From Candidatus Latescibacterota bacterium (lineage in GTDB: Bacteria; Latescibacterota; UBA2968; UBA8231), in NCBI GenBank assembly GCA_965261395.1, contig OZ253462.1, forward strand, positions 2,272,001 to 2,336,000: 64,000 nucleotides of DNA, read 5' to 3'. The notes under the pieces were generated by a model. That model made no database searches. It was given only the letters and a program-made list of their open reading frames with translations, and had not been told where the DNA came from. The translations under genes were made by a program, and so were the position numbers. Numbering within the stretch: the first letter of the stretch is position 1; each line of letters starts with the position of its first letter. Positions 29,717 through 39,947 of this stretch are shown in pieces.

Positions 29717-29817
29717 AGGATTTATCCGGTTGAGCCAAGCCAATAACCCAATATAGGACGCGCAAAAGGAGCCTAACAAGTAAGGGAGCGTTTTCCCATC
29801 GGCGGCGCAAGTTCCCG

Positions 29818-30195
29818 CTAGGCCACCCCTATGGAAGCGTGGATCTGCGCGAACTTCCACTCGCCCGCTTCCCGCTCCAATACGCCCGTCAAACGCAGGG
29901 CTAGTTCCTCGTCCTGGCCTTGCCATTTGAGCCGCCACTGCTGTCGGGTGTAGAACCAAGCCACCGAATCGCGCTCCTGCACGTCGAGGTGCTCGGTGTC
30001 GATGGTAAAATCCCGGGTGCTGGCGACGTGGTGGTAGTAGTACTGGGCAGCGCGCCCACCGCCCTCGATGTGTTCCCCCGGCTCTGTGCCGATCTTGACA
30101 AAGTGATCGGCTGGGGAGATGAGATCGATGAGCTGGTCGGCATCGCCTGTTGTCAACGCGGCGAAGTAGGCCTCGACCGTCTGGCGGGCGTTCAC
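29818..30195 (-). CDS. SnoaL/NTF2-like protein
   Basis: IGTEPGE, RLTGVLEREAGEWKFAQIHAS. Confidence 0.8.
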   Translation of the reverse strand: MNARQTVEAYFAALTTGDADQLIDLISPADHFVKIGTEPGEHIEGGGRAAQYYYHHVASTRDFTIDTEHLDVQERDSVAWFYTRQQWRLKWQGQDEELALRLTGVLEREAGEWKFAQIHASIGVA

Positions 30196-30276
30196 GTCGC
30201 AGGCTCCTTCCTGCTAGGGGTAACGTAACTTCTTGCGGTCCACAGCCATCCGCAAGCTAGCGATCCGGGGAGCCGT

Positions 30277-30304
30277 TTGACATCCAACGGTTCCCTTGTA
30301 TAAT
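30277..30304 (+). promoter_or_regulatory. Consensus sigma70 promoter
   Basis: TTGACA(30277-30282)-16-TATAAT(30299-30304), 35 bp before the DUF3179 start. Confidence 0.75.
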
Positions 30305-30339
30305 TGAGCCTCCGCATCGCTTTCCCAGTGTCCGACGCC

Positions 30340-31440
30340 ATGGCCCGCATCCTGCTTGCCCTCTTCATTGCCGCTCCTCTCCACGCCGACATCTACAACC
30401 TCCTCGGCGAGCTGACCCACCACCTGCGCTCGGGCGGAGTGCCCCGCGACGGCATCCCGGCCATGACTAACCCCCAGAGCGTTGCGCCGGCAGACGCGCA
30501 CTATCTCGCGGATTCGGACCTAGTCCTCGGCGTGGTCGCAAACGGTGCCGCGCGGGCCTATCCGCATCGCCTCGGCTGGAAGCACGAAGTCATCAACGAC
30601 CAGCTAGGCGACCAGTACATCTGCGTCACTTTCTGCCCGCTGACCGGCACCGGGCTAGTTTTTGACGCGACGGCTCCGGACTCAGCCCAAATCGAATTCG
30701 GCGTCTCCGGCATGGTACTCAACAGCAACTTGGTGCTGTACGACCGCCGCGACGAGAAAACCCTGTACCCGCAGATGATCTACGTTGGTATTAGTGGCGA
30801 GTACAGAGGGCGGCGCCTCCAGCTCTTGCCCGTGGTCGAGACGACTTGGGGCCTGTGGCGCACGCTGTATCCGCATACCACGGTCGCCCAAGCGGCGACC
30901 GGTCTAGACCGCTACCCGGACTATATCCGCGCACTATATCCACTAGATGGGTACGGCCACTACCCTTATGGCAACTATCGCAGCAACCAACGGATGATTA
31001 TTTTTCCGCTTACTACCGCTCGGCCCAGCGACCGCTTGTCGGCCAAGGAAATGGTCTTGGGGTTGCGAGCCGCTGGCGAGAGCAGGGCCTATCCTTTCAG
31101 CAGGATGCCCAATAAGGCCGTCATCAACGATCGCGTTGGCGACCGCGCCGTGCTCGTGCTCTACGACAGAGAGACTTCCACCGCCATTCCCTACAGCCGG
31201 GTTGTCGGTGATCAGCTTTTGACCTTTCGCATACTCAGCCGCACCGGCGATCTGCCTTTGGCCTTTGCCGACGTGGAGACCGGCAGCGAGTGGAACATGC
31301 TCGGCGAGGCTCTTTCCGGGCCGCTCAAGGGCGCGCGGCTAGAGCAAATCCCAGCCTATAATTCGATGTGGTTTGGATGGTCGGCCTACTGGCCGCAGAC
31401 CCGCTTGTGGAACGGCGATGGCATCTTGCCCTCGCCCTGA
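30340..31440 (+). CDS. DUF3179 domain protein (secreted)
   Basis: GGVPRDGIPA, RAYP, HEVIND, TFCPLTG, FGVSG...NLVLYDR. Confidence 0.85.
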   Translation: MARILLALFIAAPLHADIYNLLGELTHHLRSGGVPRDGIPAMTNPQSVAPADAHYLADSDLVLGVVANGAARAYPHRLGWKHEVINDQLGDQYICVTFCPLTGTGLVFDATAPDSAQIEFGVSGMVLNSNLVLYDRRDEKTLYPQMIYVGISGEYRGRRLQLLPVVETTWGLWRTLYPHTTVAQAATGLDRYPDYIRALYPLDGYGHYPYGNYRSNQRMIIFPLTTARPSDRLSAKEMVLGLRAAGESRAYPFSRMPNKAVINDRVGDRAVLVLYDRETSTAIPYSRVVGDQLLTFRILSRTGDLPLAFADVETGSEWNMLGEALSGPLKGARLEQIPAYNSMWFGWSAYWPQTRLWNGDGILPSP

Positions 31441-31454
31441 TAAGGAGCTTGGCC

Positions 31455-32588
31455 ATGCACGAAGTCCCCAAAGGGAAGATTACTTGTATTGAAAAATGCG
31501 TTCTGCGCGGCACCCGGCCGCGCTACATCGGCTTCAATGCCCGCATTCCCGCCCACGGCACGCAGATCACGGACCCGGTCGTCAGGGTGCGCACGGACGG
31601 CGGGGCTTGGGGCTTGGGGTGGTCTCGCATTGGCGAGACCGAAGCGCGCGCGCTGCTCGGCAAGGAGATCGGCGATCTCTTCCAACTCCCCGACGGCTGC
31701 CTGCCCGCGGGCCGCAACCTCGACCTGCCGCTGTGGGATTTGGTGGCGCGGATGATGGATTTGCCGCTGTACCGCCTGCTCGGTGCTCGCGGCAAACGCG
31801 AGGTTGAAGTGTACGACGGCTCGGTCTATATCGACGATTTGGAAGCCGCAGATGAGGAACAAGTCAAAGACATCTTCCGCGGCGAAGTCGCCACCGGCCA
31901 CGAGCACGGCTATTTGCACTTCAAGATCAAGGTCGGTCGCGGTGCGCGCTGGATGCCCACGGACGCAGGTCTGAAGCGCGACGAGCTGGTCATTCGCACG
32001 GTGCGCGAAGCCGCTGGCTCGCACGCCAAGGTGCTCATCGACGCCAACATGGGCAATACACTCAACACGGCCATAGCCCTGTTGGATGCCTGTGCGGATG
32101 TGGGCATCTATTGGTTTGAGGAGCCTTTTGCCGAAGACGCCCCGCTCAATCAAGCGCTCAAGGAGCACATCGTCGAAAATGACTGGGACACGCTGGTAGC
32201 CGATGGGGAATTTTCGCCGCCGCCGTACTTTTTTGACTTGGTAGAACAGGGTTTTATCGACGTGGTGCAGCACGATTTCCGCGCCATGGGGCTGACGTGG
32301 TGGCGGAGCACGTCGGCGCGGCTAGAGCAGTGGAACGCGCTCTGCGCCCCCCATTGCTGGGGGTCTTACGTCGAGCGCTTTCACCACGCCCATTTCGCCG
32401 CTTCGATCCCCAACTTCTGCCTGCTCGAAGCCGCACCGGCTGCCATGCCTGGGCTAATCACCGATGGCTGGCGGCTCGCCGACTCCATCCTCCACGTGCC
32501 CGCCACGCCCGGTGCGGGCCTCGACATCGATCCGCGCATCTTCGCGCAAGGAATGGAAGATCGAGAGGGGTTTAGGGTGGTGTTTTGA
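31455..32588 (+). CDS. Mandelate racemase/enolase superfamily protein
   Basis: KIKVG, DAN, WFEEP, ADGE, PGAG; start after AAGGAG. Confidence 0.85.
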   Translation: MHEVPKGKITCIEKCVLRGTRPRYIGFNARIPAHGTQITDPVVRVRTDGGAWGLGWSRIGETEARALLGKEIGDLFQLPDGCLPAGRNLDLPLWDLVARMMDLPLYRLLGARGKREVEVYDGSVYIDDLEAADEEQVKDIFRGEVATGHEHGYLHFKIKVGRGARWMPTDAGLKRDELVIRTVREAAGSHAKVLIDANMGNTLNTAIALLDACADVGIYWFEEPFAEDAPLNQALKEHIVENDWDTLVADGEFSPPPYFFDLVEQGFIDVVQHDFRAMGLTWWRSTSARLEQWNALCAPHCWGSYVERFHHAHFAASIPNFCLLEAAPAAMPGLITDGWRLADSILHVPATPGAGLDIDPRIFAQGMEDREGFRVVF

Positions 32589-32713
32589 GGGATAAAAACA
32601 AAGAATAGGGAGGCGAAAATCGCAGTTATGCATATCTTTAATACAATCCCCTCAATCCCCTGTCGTTTTTTATTTTCAGTCCCAAAGACGTTGTAAATGA
32701 GGAGGAGTGTGCG

Positions 32714-34123
32714 ATGACAGACGATCTTCATACCAACCCGTTTGAGAAGATCGACACCAATAGGGTCGCGGAAGATCTGCATATAGTCGAAGATAGCCAA
32801 CGGAACGCGAGGCGGGGGCGGCCGGCACTAGACAGTGCGGAAGACGACCTCGATCCCACAGAACGCAAGGTTATCGGGCTAATTGAGAGCTCTCAAGCAC
32901 AGGCACAGAATACGTGCGAGAGCGAGCTAAAGACATACAGAGAACGACTCGTCGGGCTAGATTTCCGGGAACAACTAAGTTCCATTGAGATTGAAACGGC
33001 CAAGCAACGTGCGGAGTTCGATCAGAATGTCGATAAGGCCATAGTGGAGTTGAGCAGAGAGCAACAGGATCTGCGCCGAAAAAAAGAAGACTTGCAGCAG
33101 TTTAAGGAGCAAAATGGCCTTAGCCGCGAGCCGCAGCCCCGTAGCTGGGACGATAAGATATTTAACATAGGCCTCATCGCCGTGCTCTTTCTCATTGAGA
33201 CCTTTGGCAATGCCTCCTTTCTGGCCAAGGGCAACGAGTTTGGGCTGTTCGGCGCGTACACCGAGGCCGTTGTCATCTCGTTCGTCAACCTCGGCATTGC
33301 CTTTTTGCTCGGCATCCTGGTCACCAATTTCAACCACATCCATTGGAGCAGAAGGTCCGTGGGCATCGCCGGCGCGGTGGTGTTTATGGCCTTTGCGTTG
33401 TTTTTCAACCTGATGGTGGCGCACTATCGGGAGACAACGGGCACGATGCTCGACGAAGGGGGGAAACTCGCCATCGCCGCTTTCGGCGACAATCCATTGG
33501 GTCTAGGGGACTTCCAATCGTGGATCCTGTTCTTCATGGGATTCCTCTTTGCGATCATTAGCTTTATCGATGGAATCCTGTGGGATGATCGCTATCCGGG
33601 TTACGCGAAATGTGCCCGCGTCTTCGCGGAGGCCGACGAAGCGTACAACGTGCTCTATCAGGTCTGCCTAAAGGGATTGAAGGAAACGTCGGATGAGGCG
33701 GTGCAAGCGTTGGAGAACATCAAGCAAAACATTTTGCTCGCTGGACGACAACACGATTCTGTCATCGACGACCATCGACGCCTCATTAAATTGTTCGACG
33801 ACCATCTAGACCACTTAGAGCACGCGGGAAATCACTTGCTCAAGCTCTACCGCGATACCAACCGGGCGATGCGAGACGGAAAAGCGCCAGAGCGATTCAA
33901 GAAGCCTTGGCGAATCGTGAAAACGCCAATAGACACCAGCTTGCCGAAGGCCATGCTGACGCGCGAGGAGATCTTGAAGATCACCAGCGCGGCGGAGATA
34001 AAAATTGATAACGGCGTGAAGGAGCTGCACTATCAGTACGATATGGGCAGCGAGGAATTGAGACCGTTGGCGCCGCATCGGAGGCAGCCAGATAGTCCGA
34101 GGGGCGATCAGGAAGAGAGTTAA
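32714..34123 (+). CDS. Uncharacterised 4-TM protein with flanking coiled-coil regions
   Basis: 469 aa ORF with GGAGGAG SD; four hydrophobic segments between charged helical regions. Confidence 0.8.
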   Translation: MTDDLHTNPFEKIDTNRVAEDLHIVEDSQRNARRGRPALDSAEDDLDPTERKVIGLIESSQAQAQNTCESELKTYRERLVGLDFREQLSSIEIETAKQRAEFDQNVDKAIVELSREQQDLRRKKEDLQQFKEQNGLSREPQPRSWDDKIFNIGLIAVLFLIETFGNASFLAKGNEFGLFGAYTEAVVISFVNLGIAFLLGILVTNFNHIHWSRRSVGIAGAVVFMAFALFFNLMVAHYRETTGTMLDEGGKLAIAAFGDNPLGLGDFQSWILFFMGFLFAIISFIDGILWDDRYPGYAKCARVFAEADEAYNVLYQVCLKGLKETSDEAVQALENIKQNILLAGRQHDSVIDDHRRLIKLFDDHLDHLEHAGNHLLKLYRDTNRAMRDGKAPERFKKPWRIVKTPIDTSLPKAMLTREEILKITSAAEIKIDNGVKELHYQYDMGSEELRPLAPHRRQPDSPRGDQEES

Positions 34124-34923
34124 TGAGTAAAAGTAAGCTATCGAATAAAACGATAGCAGGCGGTGCGATGATCGCGGGGGTCATCGTTATCTTGCTCGTT
34201 TTTGTGTTGCTAAAACCGCCGTCGGTCGAGCGCGATCCAAAGACCCTTTGCCGGTCGGAGGGCCCCTCGGCGATTACGGCGATCCTGCTCGATCGCACGG
34301 ATTCGTTCATGCCCACTACCAAATCCGATCTGGAAACTCGGATCTGGAACCTACTCGATAAGATTGAGGAAAATCACGAGATCAGTCTTTTTGCGGTGGA
34401 CCCTACGCATGGCGGGAGCCTCGACCCGATTATCAAGGTCTGTAGCCCCGGCGACCCGGAAAACGTCGATCACCTCACGCAATCCGAAGCGATCATTCGG
34501 CGCAACTGGCAGCAAAAATTTCGCGCACCTTTAGAAGAGGAGCTGAGAAAGCTGCTCACCAATAAAGAGGCGAAATCGTCGCCGATCATGGAATCGGTAC
34601 AGTTGGTTGCCATAAAGCATTTTCAGAGTACCAAGCGGCGCGAGGTGCCGCGTCGTCTCATCATCGTTTCAGATCTCCTACAAAACAGCGACGCGATTTC
34701 GTTCTACAAGAATCAGCCGGATTTCAAGCGCTTCCACGGCAGCCCCCAAGCTCGAGGGCTAAACCCGGACCTGCGGGACGTCGAGATCGAGCTATGGCTC
34801 ATTCAGCGAAAGCAACGACAGCAGGGAGACGGCGCAGCCGTGTTGCAATTCTTCCGCTCTTGGCTCGTGGAACATGGGGGCCAAGTTCGCGCGTCCGTGC
34901 GAACTTCGGGGATAAACAACTGA
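34123..34923 (+). CDS. Membrane-anchored vWA-like protein
   Basis: N-terminal TM; ILLDRTDS, SSPIMESV, LIIVSDLLQNS resemble MIDAS elements; TAATG coupling with the upstream gene. Confidence 0.65.
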   Translation: MSKSKLSNKTIAGGAMIAGVIVILLVFVLLKPPSVERDPKTLCRSEGPSAITAILLDRTDSFMPTTKSDLETRIWNLLDKIEENHEISLFAVDPTHGGSLDPIIKVCSPGDPENVDHLTQSEAIIRRNWQQKFRAPLEEELRKLLTNKEAKSSPIMESVQLVAIKHFQSTKRREVPRRLIIVSDLLQNSDAISFYKNQPDFKRFHGSPQARGLNPDLRDVEIELWLIQRKQRQQGDGAAVLQFFRSWLVEHGGQVRASVRTSGINN

Positions 34924-34993
34924 GGCAAACCGCCCCGGCAAGCAAAGTCAATCGGCGATTCTGCTGCATGTGGGTCGGGTGCCCGCCGCCCGC

Positions 34994-35854
34994 TCAGCGC
35001 TGTAACCACCCCGGCAAGCGAATTTCAGCAGACTGGTGCCAGGCCGTCAGGTAGAGCGAGGCCGTAAAGCGCACGGACGTCCGGGCCAACTCTAGGGCCA
35101 AGGCACGCACGCGGGCGTCACTTTTGTCTTCCCAATGGCCCAGCAGCGCGTACACCTCTTCCACTCGCCCGTTGCTTTTTTTGATCTGGTCGGTGATGGC
35201 CTTCATCAGCGAATCAGAGGCTACAATGTCCTGCTCGGCCGCCAAATCCTCGGCCGCAAAGCCGAGCCGCTCCACCGCTGAATCCACCTGTTCGTGGATG
35301 CCCTTGCCGATAACCGTGCCGTCCGCTTGCTTCTTGCCGTCGTAGTCCCGGGTCGCGTGCAGAGGCTGACAGATGTCTTCGGCGTAGTGGGCGAGCATAC
35401 CCGCATAGACGAGGCACTTCTGCTGAATCGCCTCGTTCTCCGGCCACTTGCGATGCTCGGCAAAGGCCACGGCCAACCGTCCGGTCCACTCGGCGATGGC
35501 GTATGGGGCCATCCCGACCTTGGTCGGATCCAGTTCTAGCTCGAAGCACAAGGCGATAAAGTCAAAGCGCTGCGGCGGAATCTCTCGTCCCTCAAGGTAC
35601 TCTAGATCGAAATAGTGCTCTCCGTGCTCGGCATGGCTCAGCAAGGGGGCGCCCCGATTCTTAAACAGATCTGGATCGAAGACCGTATGGCTGGCGATGT
35701 TGCCGCCTTGGCGGAAGAAGGCCGGCACGTCCTCTGGCAGGGCCAGCACGGCTCCCTCGGTCAGAATCCCGTGCCCATCCCCCCACCAAGCTTGGGCTGG
35801 AACGGCCACCAAGCCAGCGACGACTGCAATCCACATTGCGCGGATCGTTCTCAT
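34994..35854 (-). CDS. S1/P1 nuclease / Zn-phospholipase C-like secreted protein
   Basis: Signal peptide followed by WWGDGH; PD, HYFD, HYAEDICQPLH, IHE. Confidence 0.8.
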   Translation of the reverse strand: MRTIRAMWIAVVAGLVAVPAQAWWGDGHGILTEGAVLALPEDVPAFFRQGGNIASHTVFDPDLFKNRGAPLLSHAEHGEHYFDLEYLEGREIPPQRFDFIALCFELELDPTKVGMAPYAIAEWTGRLAVAFAEHRKWPENEAIQQKCLVYAGMLAHYAEDICQPLHATRDYDGKKQADGTVIGKGIHEQVDSAVERLGFAAEDLAAEQDIVASDSLMKAITDQIKKSNGRVEEVYALLGHWEDKSDARVRALALELARTSVRFTASLYLTAWHQSAEIRLPGWLQR

Positions 35855-35937
35855 TAGTTTGCATCCTTTCTTTGTGCAAATTACCTAAAAGTTTCTAAGA
35901 AGCAGTCCGCCAACAACCCTCAACCGCGAGGATCCCG

Positions 35938-36765
35938 ATGAAACTCTCGCTCTCGGTCCGCGTCGCCGAAAAATTTCACGCCAAACGCGAAGCCAATATG
36001 ACGCTCGAGCAATTGGCCGCCCTGGCCACCCGCCACGGGTACCGCGGGCTGTGTATGCGCGCCTCGCAAGTGGGCGTTCACAGCCCGCCAGAGACGGTTG
36101 CCGCTGCTCATGCCCTGCTCGGCCGCTACTCGCTGGCCGTCTCCATGCTCACCGGCGACTTCCCCATCCCGGAAAACTCCGACCAAGGGCCGGATGCCCT
36201 CCGCAATATAACGCCCTATCTCGATCTAGCCGAACAGCTCGGTGCTCCACTGCTGCGCGTCTGCCTGAAAAAGGACGCAGATATCGCTTGGGCGCGCCGT
36301 GCCGCCGACGAAGCTGCCGAGCGCGATATGCGCCTAGCACACCAGTGTCACACCCGCAGCCTCTTCGAGGAAATCGACCGCTCGCTGCACGTTTTGGCGA
36401 GCATTGGCCGCTCCAACTTTGGCTTGATCTACGAACCGGCCAACTTAGAGCTATGTGGCGAGCCTTATGGGCTGAATGCCATCCGCCGTCTGGTGCCGCA
36501 CCTATTCAATGTGTATCTGCAAAATCAGGTCTTGACCGCCGATGGTCCAGACGCGCTTGAGACGTGGTGCCGCGGCGAGGTGCGGTTCCGCCAGATCCCC
36601 TTGTGGGAGGAAGGGGGCATTAGCTTCCCGCCGCTGATGGACGCGCTGCGCGTGGTCGGCTACGAGGGCTATGTAACGGTTCATCAGGCTTCGGCCGAGC
36701 TGGGTACAGAAGCCGCGGTCCGCGAGAGCGCTCGCTATCTCAAGCGGCTGTTGGCGACCAATTGA
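35938..36765 (+). CDS. Sugar phosphate isomerase/epimerase (xylose-isomerase-like TIM barrel)
   Basis: LAHQCH, FGLIYEPANL, LWEEGGISF, GYEGYVTVH. Confidence 0.75.
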   Translation: MKLSLSVRVAEKFHAKREANMTLEQLAALATRHGYRGLCMRASQVGVHSPPETVAAAHALLGRYSLAVSMLTGDFPIPENSDQGPDALRNITPYLDLAEQLGAPLLRVCLKKDADIAWARRAADEAAERDMRLAHQCHTRSLFEEIDRSLHVLASIGRSNFGLIYEPANLELCGEPYGLNAIRRLVPHLFNVYLQNQVLTADGPDALETWCRGEVRFRQIPLWEEGGISFPPLMDALRVVGYEGYVTVHQASAELGTEAAVRESARYLKRLLATN

Positions 36766-36840
36766 CGACCGCTATGCGTACCTTGATATTTAATCGTTTG
36801 TTCGCAAACCCTTTCACAAGTAGAAAAAAGGAGAACCATC

Positions 36841-37476
36841 ATGGCTATCCGACTCGGCGACGAAGCCCCGGATTTCAGCGCGGCAACCACCGCAGGCCCG
36901 ATCAACTTTCACGAATGGCTCGGCGATTCTTGGGGAGTGCTCTTTTCCCACCCCGCCGACTTCACCCCGGTCTGCACCACGGAGTTAGGTGCAGTGGCCA
37001 ACATCGAAGAGGAGTTCAAAAAGCGCGACGTCAAGATCATCGCCTTGAGCGTCAACTCGGTTGACGATCACGCGGACTGGATCGCCGACATCAACGAGAC
37101 CCAAAACGCCAATGTCGGCTTCCCGTTGATCGCCGATCCCGAGCGCAAGGTCGCCGAGCTCTACGACATGATCCACCCCAACGCGCTCGACAATATGACC
37201 GTGCGTTCGGTTTTCGTCATCGGCCCGGACAAAAAGGTCAAGCTGACGCTGACTTATCCGGCCGCAACCGGCCGCAACTTCGACGAAATTTTGCGCGTGA
37301 TTGACTCGCTGCAACTGACGGCTAATTACTCGGTGGCTACCCCGGCCAACTGGCAAGACGGCGACGACTGCATCGTGGTGCCGGCCGTCTCGGACGAGGA
37401 AGCCACCGAGAAATTTCCCCGGGGCTTCACGGCGATTAAGCCCTACCTGCGCGTCACGCCACAGCCCAATAAGTAA
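36841..37476 (+). CDS. 1-Cys peroxiredoxin (Prx6)
   Basis: FSHPADFTPVCTTE, YPAATGRNFDE, ATPANW. Confidence 0.95.
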   Translation: MAIRLGDEAPDFSAATTAGPINFHEWLGDSWGVLFSHPADFTPVCTTELGAVANIEEEFKKRDVKIIALSVNSVDDHADWIADINETQNANVGFPLIADPERKVAELYDMIHPNALDNMTVRSVFVIGPDKKVKLTLTYPAATGRNFDEILRVIDSLQLTANYSVATPANWQDGDDCIVVPAVSDEEATEKFPRGFTAIKPYLRVTPQPNK

Positions 37477-37481
37477 GCGCT

Positions 37482-38578
37482 ATGAATTTAACTTGGGCTG
37501 GTAGGCGGGTTTGGGCGGGTGGGTTGGCCGCGCTGATGTGGTGTGCGGCGGCCAACGCGGAATCCCTGACCGTGGTGTCTTGGGGCGGTTCGTATGCGCG
37601 CGCCTGCGTAAAAGGCTATTACGAGGCGTTTACGGCCGAGACGGGCATTGAAGTCCATCTGGACGACTACAACGGCGGCCTCGCCCAATTGTGCGCCCAA
37701 GTGGATGCGGGGGCCGTGTATTGGGACGTGGTGGATATGGAACTCGCCGATGCCATGACCGGCTGCGACGAGGGCCTCCTCGAAGTGCTGGACTTTGAGC
37801 TGCCTCCCGGGGCGAATGGCGAATCGCCCGAGGACGATTTTTACCCGGAAACTGTGAGCGAATGCGGCCTCGGCATGTTGTTCTACTCGACCATCTATGC
37901 GTACCACGCGGACCACTATAAGGAATAAGGAGCGCAAACCAGAGACCATCGCCGACTTTTTCGACCTTGAGACGTTTCCGGGCCGGCGCGGGATGCGGCG
38001 CGTACCGGCTGTAAACCTGGAGTTCGCCTTGATGGCCGACGGAGTGCCTCGGGACGAGGTGTACGCCACCCTCGACACGCCCGAAGGGGGTCAGTCGCGC
38101 ATTCCGCAAGCTCGACACCATTAAGGATCAGGTGGTTTGGTGGGAGGCCGGCGCGCAGCCGCCGCAGATGCTCGCCGATGGCGAAGTGGTGATGACCACG
38201 GCGTACAACGGGCGCATATTCAACGCGCAGGTTTTGGAGAAGCAGTCGTTTACTATCGTCTGGGACGGCCAGGTGCTGGACATAGACCAGCTCGTCATCG
38301 CGGCTGGTGCGCCGAATTTGGAGGCCGCGCGCCAGTTTCTCGCCTTTGCGGCGCGGCCGTCGTCTATGGCCGGCGTGGGCCGCTACATCGCCTATGCGCC
38401 GGCGCGTCGCTCGGGCATGGATCTGATTTCGCTACACGCTGAGACCGGCGAGGAAATGGCCCCGCACATGCCGACGTATCCAGCCAACGCGGCGGGCGCC
38501 CTGCGCAACGACTGGCGTTGGTGGAGCGACAACATGGACGAGATGAACGAGCGCTTCAGCGCTTGGCTGGCGCGCTAG
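37482..38578 (+). pseudogene. Polyamine-type ABC substrate-binding protein with two frameshifts
   Basis: LTVVSWGGSY...; tandem duplication ATAAGGA at 37918-37931 and an extra G in 38086-38090. Correcting both gives one continuous ORF ending ERFSAWLAR. Confidence 0.85.
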
Positions 38579-38602
38579 CAGCGGGAAAAGCTGTTTGATA
38601 GT

Positions 38603-38639
38603 GGGCCGGGGCGTCTGTATTTGCCTCGGCCCGTTTTTT
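38603..38639 (+). terminator. Intrinsic terminator
   Basis: GGGCCGGGGC-N10-GCCTCGGCCC followed by GTTTTTT. Confidence 0.6.
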
Positions 38640-39474
38640 ATAATTCGGCGAAAATAGCCTCTATGTCAGCCGTTTCTTTCCACTTGGCGAATTCTTTGTC
38701 CATCTTGGGCGACCACTTGCGATCCACCTCCCCGGGCGTGTAGCGGCCGTCGGCAATGCTCTTCTTGCCCCAATAGTCGCGCAGGCGGGTGTTTTCGGAA
38801 GACTCCACGACCTCGCGGGCGTATTGCGGTGGCACGAAAATCACGCCCGTGGGGGTCGCCAGCACGATATCGCCCGGCATACAGGTCGCTGCCCCCACCC
38901 GCACCGGGCCGTTGATCTCGGCCATGGTCACCTCGCCGATTGCCGAGGGATGTAGCCCCTTACAGAGCACGTTAATGGGCAACTGGCGCACGCGGTGATC
39001 GTCGCGGATGCCGCCATCGACGACCAGGCCCGTACCACCGGTGTTGGTCGCGATCGCCGTGCCGAGATTGTCGCCGATAAAGGTCCCGCGCAGCACCTTG
39101 CCGAACAGGTCGACGACCAACACGTCGTTGGCGACTAAGGCGTCGATGACCCAGCTATTCTGACCGCCGATCCGGCCGTGCCGCTCGCCTTCGGCCTGCA
39201 CGACGCCGTCGAAGTCGGGCCGGTGCGGGATATAGCGGGCCGTCACCGCGCGGCCGACTAGCACGCGGCTTGGATGCAGGTTGATCCAGTCGCCTTCGAA
39301 CTGAAACGAATGCCCCTTGCCCATCAGCACCCCCCAGGCTTCCTCAATGGTCACCCGCTGCATCCGCTCGACGATATCACCACCGACTTTGGGCCGCCCG
39401 TCGCGAAAGCGCGGGCCTGAGTACGCGCTCGTTATGCTCTTTATTTTGCTTGGCGCGTTGAGTTCAAATGCCAT
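38638..39474 (-). CDS. RraA/HMG-aldolase family protein
   Basis: LVGRAVT, IGDNL, VDGGIRD, PGDIVLA...GVIFVP. Confidence 0.85.
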   Translation of the reverse strand: MAFELNAPSKIKSITSAYSGPRFRDGRPKVGGDIVERMQRVTIEEAWGVLMGKGHSFQFEGDWINLHPSRVLVGRAVTARYIPHRPDFDGVVQAEGERHGRIGGQNSWVIDALVANDVLVVDLFGKVLRGTFIGDNLGTAIATNTGGTGLVVDGGIRDDHRVRQLPINVLCKGLHPSAIGEVTMAEINGPVRVGAATCMPGDIVLATPTGVIFVPPQYAREVVESSENTRLRDYWGKKSIADGRYTPGEVDRKWSPKMDKEFAKWKETADIEAIFAEL

Positions 39475-39581
39475 GGTCGCTCCTTCGAGAAGATGAAAAA
39501 ATGGCCGCGCATCCTTTGCGGACCGCGACCAAGCTAATACATCTCGTCCGAGCGTCAACCCGGCGGAGTGGTGGAACGGGG

Positions 39582-39947
39582 TTAAAAGGGCAGATCGTCG
39601 CGGTTGGGGCCGGCCGCAGGGGTACCGGCGAGTGCATGACCGTTGCTCTCAGTGGCCTCGACGGCCTCGGCGGCCCGTTCGTCACCGAGCATTTTCATGG
39701 TGTTGGCGACGATTTCGGTGGTCTGGCGCTTGTGACCTTGCTGATCTTCCCAAGAGCGCGTTTGCAGCTTGCCCTCGATGTAGATTTTGCTGCCCTTTTT
39801 TAGGTACTGACCAGCGATTTCGGCGAGCCGTTGCCACAAGACGATGCGGTGCCATTCGGTGCGCTCTTGGCGCTGCCCGTTCTTGTCGTTCCACGACTCG
39901 CTGGTGGCCAAGTTGAAGTTGGCGACCTGAGCGCCGCTGGGGGTAAA
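39582..39947 (-). CDS. ssb: Single-stranded DNA-binding protein, exon 2
   Basis: [19 protein letters not shown]...TEWHRIV...[10 protein letters not shown]...DDLPF*; in frame with exon 1 (141 aa when spliced). Confidence 0.93.
   Translation of the reverse strand, partial: FTPSGAQVANFNLATSESWNDKNGQRQERTEWHRIVLWQRLAEIAGQYLKKGSKIYIEGKLQTRSWEDQQGHKRQTTEIVANTMKMLGDERAAEAVEATESNGHALAGTPAAGPNRDDLPF

Noticed and set aside
34928-35019. 16-bp near-repeat AACC(G/A)CCCCGGCAAGC as an att scar
   Set aside because: Both copies lie on the same side of the TM/vWA module, so they do not flank it.
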